Of a stretch of DNA of 64,000 bases, positions 42,436-54,421 are shown piece by piece. The translations under genes were made by a program, and so were the position numbers. The notes beneath the pieces were generated by a model. That model saw only the letters and a list, made by a program, of their open reading frames with translations. It was not told where the DNA came from and ran no database searches. How positions within the stretch are numbered: the first letter of the stretch is position 1; every line of letters begins with the position of its first letter. The DNA comes from an uncultured Candidatus Rokubacteria bacterium. GTDB lineage: Bacteria > Methylomirabilota > Methylomirabilia > Rokubacteriales > CSP1-6. The DNA lies in assembly GCA_963747235.1 (NCBI GenBank), contig CAVVEU010000013.1, positions 96,001 through 160,000 of the forward strand. The letters run 5' to 3'.

Positions 42436-44748
42436 GCGCCCGGCGGGCGGAAGGCGCGACCGATCGCTCCCTCGTGCTGGCCAACCTGAGCCGCCGGGGC
42501 TTCCTCCAGGGGATGACCGCCGCCGGTGGCTTCGTCCTCGCGGCCGGATTCTCGTCCGCGGCGCGGGCGGCCGATCCGCCGAAGTACGGCGCCGACGGCA
42601 TGCCCAATGGGTGGGTGGACGACCCGCTGGTCTTCGTGGCCATCGCCCCCGACGGCACGGTCAGCATCACGTGCCACCGCTCCGAGATGGGGCAGGGCGT
42701 GCGGACCGGCATGCCCATGATCGTGGCCGACGAGCTCGAGGCCGACTGGAAGCGGGTGCGCGTGGTGCAGGCGCCGGGCGACGAGAAGCGCTTCGGCAAC
42801 CAGGACACCGACGGCTCGCGCAGTACGCGGCATTTCTTCGATCCGATGCGGCGTTGCGGCGCGGCGGCTCGTACCATGCTCGAGGCCGCGGCGGCCAAGC
42901 GCTGGGGCGTGCCGGTGAGCGAGGTGGAGGCCCGGAACCACGAGGTCGTGCACGCCAAGAGTGGCCGGCGCATCGGCTACGGCGCGCTCGCCAAGGACGC
43001 GGCCCAGCAGCCGGTCCCGTCCCGGGATACCGTGCGCCTCAAGGATCCCTCCAAGTTCCGCTACATCGGCAAGGGCCAGCTCAAGCTCGTGGACGCCCCG
43101 GCCATGGTGACCGGCAAGGCCCAGTACGGCATCGACACGCGGGTGCCCGGCATGCTCTACGCGGTGGTGGCCCGGCCGCCGGTCTACGGGGGCAAGGTGG
43201 TGAGCGTGGACGCCGCCGAGACGCTCAAGGTGCCGGGGGTGCTGAAGGTGGTGGAGATCGAGCAGAGCCCGGCGCCGGCCCAGTTCAACCCGGTGGGCGG
43301 GCGTGGCGGTGGTCGCGAGCAACACCTGGGCGGCCATCCAGGGCCGCCGGGCGCTCAAGGTGGTCTGGAACGACGGGCCCAATGGCAGCTACGACTCGGT
43401 GGCCTTCAAGGCCGCCATGGAGGAGTCCGCGCGCAAGCCCGGCAAGGTCGTGCGCGACAACGGCAACGTGGACACCGCGATGGCCTCGGCCGCGAAGAAG
43501 ATCGAGGCCGAGTACTACATCCCGCACCTCGCGCACGCGCCGATGGAGCCGCCCGCCGCGACCGTGCGCATCACCGGCAGCAAGGCGGAGGTGTGGGGGT
43601 GCTTCCAGTCGCCCCAGGCCACGAAGGATCTCGTGGCGAAGCGGCTGGGCCTGCAGCCGGCCGACGTGACCGTGCACGTCACGCTGCTGGGCGGGGGGTT
43701 CGGGCGGAAGTCCAAGCCCGACTTCGCCATCGAGGCGGCCGTCGTCTCCAAGGCGATGGAGGGCAAGCCGGTCAAGCTGACGTGGACGCGCGAGGACGAC
43801 CTGATGCACACCTACTTCCACACGGTGTCGGTCGAGCACCTGGAAGCGGGGGTGGACGGGCAGGGCAAGCCGGTGGCCTGGCTGCACCGCAGCGTGGCGC
43901 CGACGCTCTTCTCGACCTTCGTGGACGGGGCCAAGAACGAGCACGCGCTCGAGCTCGGCATGGGCGTCATCAACGTGCCGTTCGACATCGCCAACATCCG
44001 CATCGAGAACCCGGAGGCCGCCGCGCACACGCGCATCGGCTGGTTCCGCGCGGTCTCCAATATCCCGCACGCCTTCGCGGTGCAGTCCTTCGTGGCCGAG
44101 CTGGCCGCGTCGGCCGGCCGCGACCCGAAGGACTATCTGCTCGAAGTCATCGGTCCGGCGCGGCGGATCACGCCGGAAGCCCTGTCGGACACCTGGAACC
44201 ACGGCGAGTCACCGGACAGGTACCCGGTGGACACCGGCCGGCTGCGGCGCGTGGTGGAGACGGCCGCGCGCGAGGCGGGCTGGGGCCGGTCGCTGCCCAA
44301 GGGCCGGGGCCTGGGTATCGCCGCGCACTACAGCTTCACGAGCTACGTGGCGACGGTGGTGGAGGTGGCGGTGGACGACGCGGGGGTCATCACGGTGCCT
44401 CGCATCGACGTCGCGGTGGACTGCGGCGCGACGGTCAACCCGGATCGGGTGCGCGCGCAGATGCAGGGCGCCGCGGTGATGGGGCTGGGCATCGCGACGC
44501 TCGGCGAGATGACCTTCAAGGACGGCCGGGCGCAGCAGGACAACTTCCACACCTACGAGGTCACGCGCATGTCGACCTCCCCCCGGGAGACGCGCGTGCA
44601 CATCATCCCCGGCGACTACGCCCAGCCGATGGGCGGGGTCGGGGAGCCGGGCGTGCCGCCCATCGCCCCGGCCCTCTGCAACGCGATCTTCGCGGCCACC
44701 GGCAAGCGCATCCGGCGCCTGCCCATCCGCGAGCAGCTCAAGGCCTGA
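42432..44748 (+). CDS. iorB: Isoquinoline 1-oxidoreductase-like beta subunit (molybdopterin, Tat signal), frameshift at ~43300
   Basis: [45 protein letters not shown]. Confidence 0.92.
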
Positions 44749-44754
44749 TCAAGG

Positions 44755-45567
44755 TCAGATCGGTCGCAAGACCAGGGCGTCCCGGCTCAGGGTGACGGTG
44801 AGCGGGCCGAGCGCGGCCAGACGGTCGCGCCGGCTCGCTCGCCCGGCCCGGTAGGAGCCGGTCATCACATCGTGGATCGCCGCGGCGTCGAGGCGCGCCA
44901 CGTGCCGGAGCCGCTCGTGGCGCTCCAGCGTGAACCGCGACGCGAACGCGGCCACCGCCTGATCCACCCGATCCCGCAGCAGCCCGCGGCCGAGCACCGC
45001 CTCCCGCAGCTCGACGAGGTCGTCGGGGCCCGGGATCACCAGCAGCAGCCGGCCGTCGTCGCCGAGCACGCGGCGGAACTCGGCCGGGTTCCGCCGCGCG
45101 GTGATGGACGCCACCACCCTGAAGGACGCGTCGGCATAGGGCAGGGCGCGGTCGGCGTTGGCCACCACGAGGTGCAGGCCGGCGTGTCGCGCGGCCGCCG
45201 CCTCGATCGCGGGCACCGAGAGATCCACGCCGTGGCCCTCGCAGCCGAAGCGGGCCGTGAACGCGGCCACGTAGTGCCCGTCGCCGCAGCCGACCTCGAG
45301 CAGCGCATCCCCCGGGGCGAGGGTCAGCAGGTCTCCGATCGCGCGGGTGAGCTCCGCCTCGAAGCCGCCCGCCAGGAAGCGCCGGCGCGCCGCGACCGCG
45401 GCGGCGGAGTCGCCCGGCCGGGCGGAGCGGCGGTCCTGGGGCTGGAGCAGGTTGACGTAGCCGCGACGGGCCACGTCGAAGGAATGCGCGCGCGGGCAGG
45501 TCAGGCGTTGCCCCTCCCGCGCGAGCGGAAGGCGGCAGGCGCGGACCGAGCAGAGAAGCGTGACCAG
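44755..45567 (-). CDS. RlmA-like 23S rRNA m1G methyltransferase (N-terminal Zn finger, no canonical start found)
   Basis: C...C..L..LTC...[33 protein letters not shown]. Confidence 0.82.
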   Translation of the reverse strand: MVTLLCSVRACRLPLAREGQRLTCPRAHSFDVARRGYVNLLQPQDRRSARPGDSAAAVAARRRFLAGGFEAELTRAIGDLLTLAPGDALLEVGCGDGHYVAAFTARFGCEGHGVDLSVPAIEAAAARHAGLHLVVANADRALPYADASFRVVASITARRNPAEFRRVLGDDGRLLLVIPGPDDLVELREAVLGRGLLRDRVDQAVAAFASRFTLERHERLRHVARLDAAAIHDVMTGSYRAGRASRRDRLAALGPLTVTLSRDALVLRPI

Positions 45568-45573
45568 GAGGGG

Positions 45574-46590
45574 TTACCGTGAGGTGATGACGAAGTCGAT
45601 GGCGCCGGCCTCGCGCGTCACCGTCAGGCGGAGCCGCCGGTCGTGGGCGGCCAGCGCGCCGTGCCACAGCTCGGCCCAGGCGTCGAAGGCGGCCGGGTCG
45701 AGGGGCTCGAGGCCGCGCGCGAGGCGCCAGCCCTTCTGGCGCACGCGGGCCCGGCCGGGCTCGCTCGAGACCTCCACCGTTTCGCCCTGGGCGGCGGCCA
45801 GCGCCGCGAGGTAGCGGGCGAACGCGGCCGGCCCCGAGTCGGCGATGCCCAGGAGCCGCGCGGTCTCGTCGTGGTACTGCATGCCGATCAGCCGCGCGGC
45901 GTGGCCGAGGACCCGTCGCGTGTCGGCGGGCCCCAGCAGCGCGAGCAGGACGGGCAGCGCCGTGCGCACGTACTCCATCGCGTAGCGCGAGACCACGAGC
46001 TCGAGCCGCTCGGCGGGCCAGGCCGCGGGATCGAGGCGCGGGGCGCGGGCCGGATCGGCGTCCGGCATGATCTCACCCGGGGCGAAGCGCACGCGCTCGT
46101 GCTCCAGGAGATCGCGGTCGTGCTCGAGGTAGTAGCCCTCGAGGCCCGGGTGGCCGTCCACGGTCTGGCCGGTGCAGACGAAGCCCAGGCGCGGATTGCC
46201 GAGGGTCACCCCGTTGTGGCCGTGCCAGCCGTGCAGCATGGCCGCGTTCACCCGGCTCGGGATGCCGCAGATCGCCGAGCCGTACCAGATCCAGCGCGGC
46301 GGCGGGTACCGGACCCACGCCTTCCGGTCGGATTCGTACGCGTACTCGGTCTTCACGCCGCCCAGTCGATTCGAGAGGTAGTGGTACTGGGCGCAGGCCA
46401 CCGCGGGGGGCAGGCCGTCCAGGCCGAGCTTGGCGAGCCCGGGCAGGAACTTCTCCAGGTGCTGGCGGCGGAAGAGCCGGAAGACGAACTCGGCGGCCTC
46501 GTCCTCGCTCCGGCGGGTGACCAGGGTGAGGACGAGGCCGGTGAGCAGCGCCTGGTAGAGAACCGAGACGGCCCGGTGGCCTTCCGCCAC
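45574..46590 (-). CDS. Hypothetical protein (338 aa)
   Basis: Long clean ORF in an operon with protein-like motifs (QYHYLSN, WVRYPPPRW, GFVCT). Family not recognised. Confidence 0.75.
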   Translation of the reverse strand: MAEGHRAVSVLYQALLTGLVLTLVTRRSEDEAAEFVFRLFRRQHLEKFLPGLAKLGLDGLPPAVACAQYHYLSNRLGGVKTEYAYESDRKAWVRYPPPRWIWYGSAICGIPSRVNAAMLHGWHGHNGVTLGNPRLGFVCTGQTVDGHPGLEGYYLEHDRDLLEHERVRFAPGEIMPDADPARAPRLDPAAWPAERLELVVSRYAMEYVRTALPVLLALLGPADTRRVLGHAARLIGMQYHDETARLLGIADSGPAAFARYLAALAAAQGETVEVSSEPGRARVRQKGWRLARGLEPLDPAAFDAWAELWHGALAAHDRRLRLTVTREAGAIDFVITSR

Positions 46591-46597
46591 GCCGTGG

Positions 46598-47866
46598 TCA
46601 GTCGACGATGGCCGCCTGGACGAGCTGGCGGAACAGGTCGCGGTCTTCTCCGCGCCGCGGGCCGGGCTGTCCCTGGCTCATCCACACCACCACCATCTGC
46701 TCCTTCGGGTCCACCCAGAAGGCGGTGCCGCCCGCGCCGCCCCAGCGGTACTCACCCGCCGAGCCGGTGACCCAGTTGAGGCCCGTCTCCCTGCGCACCG
46801 CGAAGCCCAGCCCGAAGCCGTAGCCGCGGGCCAGAACGGGGGAGGCGATCCGGATATCGCCCACGTGGTCCGACGACATCTGCGCGATGGTGGCGCGGCC
46901 GAGCAGGCGCAGGCGATCGAGCTGGCCGCCGTTGAGGAGCATCTGGGAGAAGCGCGCGTAGTCCATCGTGGTACCCGCGGTGCCCGCGCCGCCCGCGTCG
47001 TTCTTCTGCGGCTGGGTGACGTCCAGCAGCTTGACCTCGGCGCCGGTGACCGGATCCTTGGCGAAGGGCTGCGCGAGGCGGACCACCTTGCCGTTCGGCA
47101 CCAGGAACGCGGTATCCGTCATCTTGAGCGGCGCGAAGATCCGCTCCTGGAAGAACTGGCCGAGCGTCATGCCGCTCACCGCCTCGACCACGCGCCCGAG
47201 CACGTCGGTGGAGATGCTGTACTCCCAGGCACTGCCGGGCTGATGCGCGAGCGGCACCCGCGCGATCCGCGCGATCTGCTCGGCCGGGGTGACCCCGTCC
47301 CAGGTCACGCCTTCCTTGGCGTAGGCTTCCTTCACCACGGCGTGGCTCGTATTCGGGCCGTAGACGAGCCCGGAGGTGTGACGGAGCAGGTCCTGGATCG
47401 TCATCTCGCGCTCGACGGGCACCAGCGTGTAGCTCACCTTGCCGGTCTGGGCATCGAGGCGGGGGACGCTCACCTGAAGATCCTTGAGCTTCGGGAGGTG
47501 CCGGGAGACGGGATCGCTCAGCAGGATGCGCCCGTCCTCGACCAGCATCATGGCCGCGACCGAGGTGAACGGCTTGGTCATCGAGTAGAGGCGGAAGATC
47601 GCGTCCTTGGTCATGGGCGCGCCGCTCTGGGGATCGCGCTGGCCGAGCGCCTCGAAATAGGCGATCTTGCCACGCCGCGCCACCAGGGCGACCGCGCCGG
47701 GATAGCGCCCCTTGGCGATCTCGGCCTTGACGGCGTCGGTCACGCGGGCCAGCTTCTGCGAGGAGAGCCCGACGTCCTCCGGGGTCGCGGTGGGCAGGCC
47801 CTGGGAGAAGGCCACGCCGGGGAGCAGCAGGACGAGCAGGGCGACGAGCGCGACGGACCTCTTCAT
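46598..47866 (-). CDS. Serine hydrolase, beta-lactamase/esterase family VIII, with signal peptide
   Basis: SMTK (SxxK), LLRHTSG, WEYS, WGGAGG. Confidence 0.92.
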   Translation of the reverse strand: MKRSVALVALLVLLLPGVAFSQGLPTATPEDVGLSSQKLARVTDAVKAEIAKGRYPGAVALVARRGKIAYFEALGQRDPQSGAPMTKDAIFRLYSMTKPFTSVAAMMLVEDGRILLSDPVSRHLPKLKDLQVSVPRLDAQTGKVSYTLVPVEREMTIQDLLRHTSGLVYGPNTSHAVVKEAYAKEGVTWDGVTPAEQIARIARVPLAHQPGSAWEYSISTDVLGRVVEAVSGMTLGQFFQERIFAPLKMTDTAFLVPNGKVVRLAQPFAKDPVTGAEVKLLDVTQPQKNDAGGAGTAGTTMDYARFSQMLLNGGQLDRLRLLGRATIAQMSSDHVGDIRIASPVLARGYGFGLGFAVRRETGLNWVTGSAGEYRWGGAGGTAFWVDPKEQMVVVWMSQGQPGPRRGEDRDLFRQLVQAAIVD

Positions 47867-47881
47867 GGTGTGGTCTCCTCG

Positions 47882-49439
47882 CTAGGGGTTCTTCAGCCGC
47901 ATGTCTTCGTAGGCCGGGAACGGGTACACCGGGATCGAGTTGACGGTGTGCTCGGCCACCCGCGGGCCCACCCCGATCAGCCCGCGCAGGTCCATCAGCG
48001 GCGCGAACATGACGCGGTCGATCGTCATCTGCTGGATCCGGTGGAGCAGGGCTTCGCGCTTGGCCCGGTCGCGCTCGCGGGCCTGCTGCAGGAAGAGCTC
48101 GTCGAGATCGGGATACCCGCCGTAGGCGGAGGCGCCCTTCGAGTACATGAACGCTTCCACCCGGCTCGCCGCGTTGCCCGAGTTGCCCACCGCGACGAGG
48201 AAGAGCCCCCGCAGCTTCTTCTCCTGCCAGGCCGCGTAGAAGGACGCGCGCTCCATCGGGCGCATCCGCATCCGGATGCCCACCGCGGTCAGGTTGTTGA
48301 GCGCGGCCTCGCCCACGGTGGCGAAGCCGGGGATGGCCACGAACTCGCCGGCGTCGATGCCGCTCGGAAAGCCGGCCTCGGCCAGCAGGCGCTTGGCCCG
48401 CTGCGGGTCGTAGGGATGCGGCGGCACCTGGAGCGCGAAGTCCATCACGCGCGGGACGATGACGCCCGCGGGCGGACAGAAGCCGAGGCAGGCCGCCTCG
48501 CTCGTCGTCTTGCGATCGAGCGCGTAGTTGACCGCCTGCCGCAGCCGCTTGTCGCTCCAGGGCGACTTGGGATCCCACTGGTCGGCGAACTCGATCCAGA
48601 AGATCGAGGCGTGGCGGGTGTCCACGAGCTGCATGCGCGGATCCTTCGTCACCGCCTCCGCCTCGGGCCCGTCCAGGAACAGGGCGAAGTCGGTCTCGCC
48701 GCTCTTCAGCATGGTGAGCCGGGTGGTGCTGTCCGGCACGCTCTTCATGGTGAGCTTCTTGATGTTGGGGACCTTTCCGCCAGTAGCCGGTGAACGCTTC
48801 GAGGGTGATGTCGATGCCCGGCCGCTGGCTCACGAAGCGATAGGGGCCGGCCCCGATCGGCCGCTGGCGGAAGCCGTCCGCGCCGGCCTGCTCGGCGTAC
48901 TTGCGGGGCAGCACGATGCCGGCGGCGGAGGCGGTGGTGCCGTAGAAGGTCATGAAGTCCGGCCAGGGCTCCTTCAAGTGGAAGCGGATCACGAGGGGAT
49001 CCACGATCTCCACCTGCCGCACGCGCGCCCGGAACTCCTTGGCGCCCGCGCCCTGGTAGCGCTCGAAGCTCCACTTCACGTCGTCGGTGGTGAGCGGCGT
49101 CGCCGTTGTGGAACTTGAGGCCGCGGCGCAGCTTGAACTCGTAGACGAGCCCGTCGGCGCTCTCCGTCCACGACTCGGCCAGGCTCGGCCCCATCTTCTG
49201 GCCGGGGAGCGGGCGGACCAGCGCGTCGTGGATCGCGTACAGCACGCCGAAGGGCGTGATCTGGGGCGGGCGCGGTCGAGGGATCGAACCAGCTCGGCGC
49301 GAGCGTCACGTGGAAGGAGACCGCGATTTCTCCGGCCGGCCCGGCCGGGGCGGGCGTCTGGGCCGGACGCGGGCGTCAGCGCGGCCAGGAGCAGGACGGC
49401 GGCGACGGCGACGGTACCGATGATCGGGCGAGGGGACAT
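47882..49439 (-). CDS. ABC substrate-binding protein family 5 (several frameshifts)
   Basis: Signal peptide, YAIHDALV, SLAESW, FHNG, PIGAGPY, RQAVNYALDR. Confidence 0.88.
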
Positions 49440-49461
49440 CGTTGACCCTCCCTTCCACCCC

Positions 49462-50518
49462 TCAGGCGTAGGCAAAGGCCCGCCGGGGGTTGTCGATCAA
49501 GAGCGTCTGGACGATCTTGTCGTCGGCGCCCTTGGCGCGCAGGCGCGGGATCACGTTGACGAGCAGGTGATGGTAGCCGAAGCCGCCCCACCGGGTCAGG
49601 CAGTGCTTGTAGGCGATGTCGTGCGACATCAGGATCTGGCCCAGGTGGCCGCGCTCGATCAGGAACAGGATCTGGCGCATGCGCTCGCCGTCGTTGGGCA
49701 TGTCGAAGGCGGGATTATAGGGGTAGTACGAGGTCTCGAGGCCGAAGAGGTCGTACTCGAGCCGCACCCCGGTCGCGGCCAGCTCGAGCAGCACCGCCGG
49801 ATCGGCGATGGTGCGCTCGATGTGGCACATGATGGTGCGCCCGAGATCGGCGCCTTCCTTCCTGATGAAGTCGACGATGGCGAGCGGCAGCCGCTCGTGG
49901 CGGCCGGGATGGATCATGAGCGCCGCTCCGGTCTCCCGCTGCGCGGCCACCGCGGCCCGCACCACCTTCTTCTCGTTGTCGGTCCAGGGCCAGGTGGTGC
50001 CGATCTCGCCGATGAAGCCCGCGCGCACCCCGGTGCCGTCCACGCCCTCGGTGAGATCGGTGACCAGCTCGCGCGCGATGTCGTCGGCGGTGCGCCGGTC
50101 CATGTCCGGCGGATGCGCGGCGGCCACGTAGTAGCCCGAGCCCATGATGATGTTGAGGCCGGTGGCGCGGGCCACGCGCGCGAGCGCGAGCGGATCCCGC
50201 GCGAGCCCGCGATTCGTCGGGTCCACGAAGGTCTGGCCGCCCGCGTGCTTGAAGAGCAGCGCCTCGTCGCGGGCGACCGCCTCGTCGAGGAGCTGCAGGT
50301 TGTCGAGGTTCGAGCTGAAGTTGTGGCGGACCCAGCCGAGGTTGGCCAGGCCCACCGGCTGCCGGGCCAGGCCCCGCTCGGCGCCGTTGGCGGGTTCCCG
50401 GAACATCACCTCGAAGTCGATCAGGAGATGCTCGTGGGGCAGCGTGATTCCCATCGCCTCACCGGCGATGGGGCCGAGCACGGTCTGGGCCTGTCCCGAC
50501 GAGGCCGGGGCCTGGCAT
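49462..50518 (-). CDS. Phosphotriesterase-related protein (Php/PTER-like, probable frameshift near the start)
   Basis: QTVLGP, TLPHEHL, GFIGEIG, IHPGR, CHIER, MSHD. Confidence 0.9.
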
Positions 50519-50534
50519 GCCTGGCGCCGGGCGC

Positions 50535-51704
50535 CTAGACGTTCTGGTACACGCTGGTCTCGAACTTGCCGAACAGGTCGATCGCGGTGTCGTCGCAGAA
50601 CGGAAGGAGCTGGGACGCGAAGACGCCGCACACGCGCTTGGTGCGATCGATCCAGAAGTAGGTGTTGGCGAGCCCGGCCCAGGCCAGCGAGTTGGCCGAG
50701 CGGCCGCCGGGCACCGCCTTGGTGTTGATCAGGAAGCTCAACCCCCACTTCTTGCTCATGCCCGGGAAGAGCTCGACGTCGTTCGAGAGCGGCGGCATCG
50801 CGGTCTTGAGCACGCCGACCTCGAGATCGCCGATGTGGTTCTGGGCCATGAGGTCCACCGTGCTCTTCTGCAGCACCTGCGCGCCGTTGTGCGTGCCGCC
50901 GTTCACGATCATGCGGCAGAACTGCCAAGATAGTCGGGAACGGTGCCGTAGAGGCCGCCGCCGCCCATGTGGAACTCCGGCTCCTGCGGGAGGCCGAACT
51001 CGATCGGGGCCAGGGCGCCGTCCGGTCCGCGCCCGTGCACCGCGGAGAGCCGCTCGCGCTGCGAGGCCGAGAGCTTGAAGGAGGTGTCCTTCATGCCGAG
51101 CGGCCCGAGGATATTGTCCTGGAGGTAGCGGTCGAGCCGCTGGCCGCTCACCGCTTCGACCATCTTGCCGACCCAGTCGATGTTGATGCCGTAGTCCCAC
51201 TTGTCACCCGGATCGAACAGGAGCGGGGTGCCGAGCGCCGCGTTGGTGCAGGTGGTGATGCCCGGGCGTGCCGGTCACCTGCTGGAACTGGGCGATGGCC
51301 GGGCTCCAGATCTCGTAGGAGAAGCCGGCGGTGTGGGTCAGCAGATGCCGCAGGGTCATCGGCCGCTTCGGCGCCCGCAGCCGCGGCTTGCCCGCGGCGT
51401 CGAAGCCCTCGAGCACGCGGACCGCACCCAGCTCCGGCACCACCTCGGCGGCGGGCCGCTCCAGGGAGAGCTTGCCGCGCTCCACGAGCTGCATGGCGGC
51501 GGCCCCGGTGATCGCCTTGGTCATCGAGGCGATCCACACCACGGTGTCGAGGGTCATCGGGGCCGGCTTGCCGATCTCGCGCTGGCCGAAGGCGCCCTCG
51601 TAGAGGACGCCCTTGTCGGTGGTCGCCATGGCCACGATGCCGGGGATCTTCTTCGCGGCGACGGCCTGGCTGAATGTCGTGTCGAGGCTCTTGAAGTCGG
51701 CCAT
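50535..51704 (-). CDS. Serine hydrolase, beta-lactamase family (2 frameshifts)
   Basis: IASMTK, LLTHTAG, WDYG, WAGLANTYFWID. Confidence 0.88.
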
Positions 51705-51797
51705 GGTCAGCCTCCTTGCTGATGGTGGCGCGGTTGCGGGTAGGCCCGACTGCGGGCGCCCCCGACGCTACCGCCGGGTCCGCCCGAGATCAAGCGC

Positions 51798-53090
51798 TCA
51801 GGCCGGGGCGGGCACCGGCTCGGGGGCGCCGCCACCACCGCCACCCCCGCGGCCCCGTCCACGCCCCCCGCGCCGACGGCGGCGACGGCGGGACCGGTGC
51901 GGGGCGTCGGGCGTCTCCGGGGAGCCCTCGCTGGCCGGGGCCTCGTTGCCGGGCGTCGCCTCGTCGTCCGCGGCCCCGACTTCCGTCTCCACCGGCTCGA
52001 GCTCGGCGTCCGCCATCGGGCCCGCGTCGGCCGAGGTGGACGCGGCGCCCCCCGCGTCGGCCAGCGTGATGCGGCCGGTCTGGCTCACCACGAGCTGGCG
52101 GATGCGTCGCAGGCGCGTGATCAGCCGGGGCGAGCCCGCCGGCCGGCTGAAGCCGCGCTCCTTGAGGGCGCGGGCGAGCGTGTCGATGAGCACCGCGCCA
52201 TTGGGCGCGTGGTCGGCCAGCTCGCGCACCACCTCCACCAGCTCGTCGTGCGGCGCGGTGTGCGCATCGGGCTCGGCCTGGGCCCGTGCCGGCTCGGCCG
52301 CGCGCGCGGGAGGCGGCGGGCTCGGGGCGGTGCTGCGCGCCGGCATCGGCCCGCGCCCGCCCTGATCGAAGCGGCTCCGGCCCCCGCTCCCGCCCCCGCG
52401 GCCGCCCCGGCGCCGACCGCGTCCGCCGCGCCGGCCGCCGCGGCCCTCGCGGGGCGCCTGCGCCTCGGGCGCGGGCAACTCCTCGGAGGAGGGGACCAGC
52501 CCGGTGAGACCGCGGTGGGACAGGCGGCGATACTCCACGCCCAGCACCGCGGCCACGTCCCCCACCGCGTCGAAGGCGCGATCGTCGGAGATGATCTCGA
52601 TCAGGTCGCCGGGCCGGGCGCTGCCGAGCCAGACGCCCGCGCTCACCGCGATGCGCAGGTCGCTCCAGTCCTTCACGCCGGTGGAGGGCGCGCTGTGGAC
52701 GAGCTGGGCGCCGCGCCGGGCGAGGAGCCGCGCGCTGTCGGCGCCGATGACGCGCCAGTTGCCGACCGCGATCAGGTCCACCCGGCGGTCGGCGCGATCG
52801 ATCGCGAGGTGGTCGAGTACCCGGCCGATGTGGTCGGCGCGGCTCGAGTTCTCCACGTCCACGAAGACGGCGCGCCGCCCGGTCGGCAGCGGCCGCGGCG
52901 GCGCGGGCGGCTGCACTCGGCCGGCGAAGACGCGCTCGGGCGTGGCCGTGCGCACCGCGAGCGCGGTCGTCTCGGGCTCCGGCGGCGCGGCGGGGGGTGG
53001 TGCGGCGACCCGGGTCCGGGTCGGCTTGCTGGGCTTGGTCTTGACGGGTTTTCGGGATCGACTGGGGGTCGCTCGCTTTTTCTTTGCCAT
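51798..53090 (-). CDS. NYN (PIN-like) domain + LOTUS/OST-HTH protein with RG-rich disordered regions
   Basis: VFVDVEN, KDWSDLRI, IISDDRAF, an HTH-like C-terminal domain, RGG and poly-Arg tracts. Confidence 0.8.
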   Translation of the reverse strand: MAKKKRATPSRSRKPVKTKPSKPTRTRVAAPPPAAPPEPETTALAVRTATPERVFAGRVQPPAPPRPLPTGRRAVFVDVENSSRADHIGRVLDHLAIDRADRRVDLIAVGNWRVIGADSARLLARRGAQLVHSAPSTGVKDWSDLRIAVSAGVWLGSARPGDLIEIISDDRAFDAVGDVAAVLGVEYRRLSHRGLTGLVPSSEELPAPEAQAPREGRGGRRGGRGRRRGGRGGGSGGRSRFDQGGRGPMPARSTAPSPPPPARAAEPARAQAEPDAHTAPHDELVEVVRELADHAPNGAVLIDTLARALKERGFSRPAGSPRLITRLRRIRQLVVSQTGRITLADAGGAASTSADAGPMADAELEPVETEVGAADDEATPGNEAPASEGSPETPDAPHRSRRRRRRRGGRGRGRGGGGGGGAPEPVPAPA

Positions 53091-53151
53091 GGCTGACGAG
53101 CCTAGCACTTCCGCGCGCGGAGCGGTCGGCCGAAATCCCGGCAGCGATCGT

Positions 53152-54412
53152 CTACGCGAGCATCCGGGCCAGGACGGCCCCCTCGACCGCCTCCATCCGG
53201 AGGCCCAGGACGGTCGCCACGGTCGGCGCCACGTCGCGGCTCTTGATCGCCCCCAGGGCCACGTCGCGCCGGACCCCCGCGCCGGCGGCCAGGAAGAAGG
53301 CCGCGTTGTCGCCGTAGATCGGACGCTGGCCGTGGGTGCCCAGGTACTTCGGCGCGCCGTGCTCGTCCGGGCCCTCCGCCGCGTCGCCGTAGGAGTAGCC
53401 GGGCGCGGCCTCGAACATCACGTCGGCCACCTGGGCATGCTCGCCGGGCGTGGGCAGGCCGAGGGCGCCGTACTCCGTCGCGGGCCACATGCCGCTCACG
53501 CCCTCCATGGCCGCGATCTCCCGCGGCGAGCTGGTGCACGGCGGCGAGATCGCCGTCGAGCCGGTAGAGCGCGCCCGCGCCGTGGTTCATCACGAAGCGC
53601 GCCTCGCGCTCGGCCCCCAGCCTGCGCAGCTTCACGTTGGGGCGAATCTCGCGGTGCGACGGCAGGAAGCCGTGGTCGGACACCACGAACACGGTGGTCT
53701 CGTCGAGGCCGGGGTCGGGGAGCGAGTCGAGGAAGCGGCCGATCAGGCCGTCCACGTACTCGAGCGCCCAGTAGGCCTCCGGCGATCGGGGGCCGTGGAG
53801 ATGCTGGAAGCTGTCCACGCACAGAAAGTGCAGGAGCAGCAGCGCCGGCTCGTGGCGGCGCGCCGCGTGGGCCGCCACGCGGCCGACCATCTCGTCCTTG
53901 AGGAAGCGCTTGGGCAGGAGCGCCCACTCGCCCTGGCGGTGCATCGGGTAGCCGAGCGCGGCCAGCTCTTCCCACACCGCCCGCGCGGTCTGGGTCTCGA
54001 ACACGCGCTGGTCCTTGAAGAAGGGCAGGTTGAAGTCGAGCGTGGTCGCGTTGCGGGTGGCCGGCCAGTCCACGGCGGCGGTGCGCAGGCCCGCGGCGTG
54101 GGCGAGATCGTAGACGGTCGGCGCGCGCAGCAGCGCGGGCGCGTCGTAGATGGGATCGCCGGTGAGATCCTCGGTCGCGCGCGTGTCGCGATTCAGGATG
54201 TGGTTGGCGACCACGCCGTGGGCGCGGGGGCTCACGCCGGTGACCATGCTCACGTGGGTCGGCCACGTGGTGCTGGGGAAGACCGTCTCCATGCCCGAGG
54301 CGAGGGCGCCGCGCTCGGCGAGGCGCCGGAGGCGCGGCAGGCGGGCCTGCGGATCCGCCCAGTAGAACGCCGCGAAGCCGTCGATGCTGATGACGACGAC
54401 GCGGCGCTTCAC
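53152..54412 (-). CDS. Alkaline phosphatase superfamily nucleotide pyrophosphatase/phosphodiesterase (frameshift at ~53520)
   Basis: ISIDG, FPSTTWPTH, DSFQH, SDHG, GTHG. Confidence 0.9.
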
Positions 54413-54421
54413 GGGCGCGAT

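Noticed and set aside
46598-51704. Beta-lactamase or organophosphate-degradation (opd) resistance cluster
   Set aside because: The SxxK enzymes look like family VIII esterases and the PTE homolog has the Glu-bridged Php/PTER pattern. Substrates cannot be assigned from sequence.
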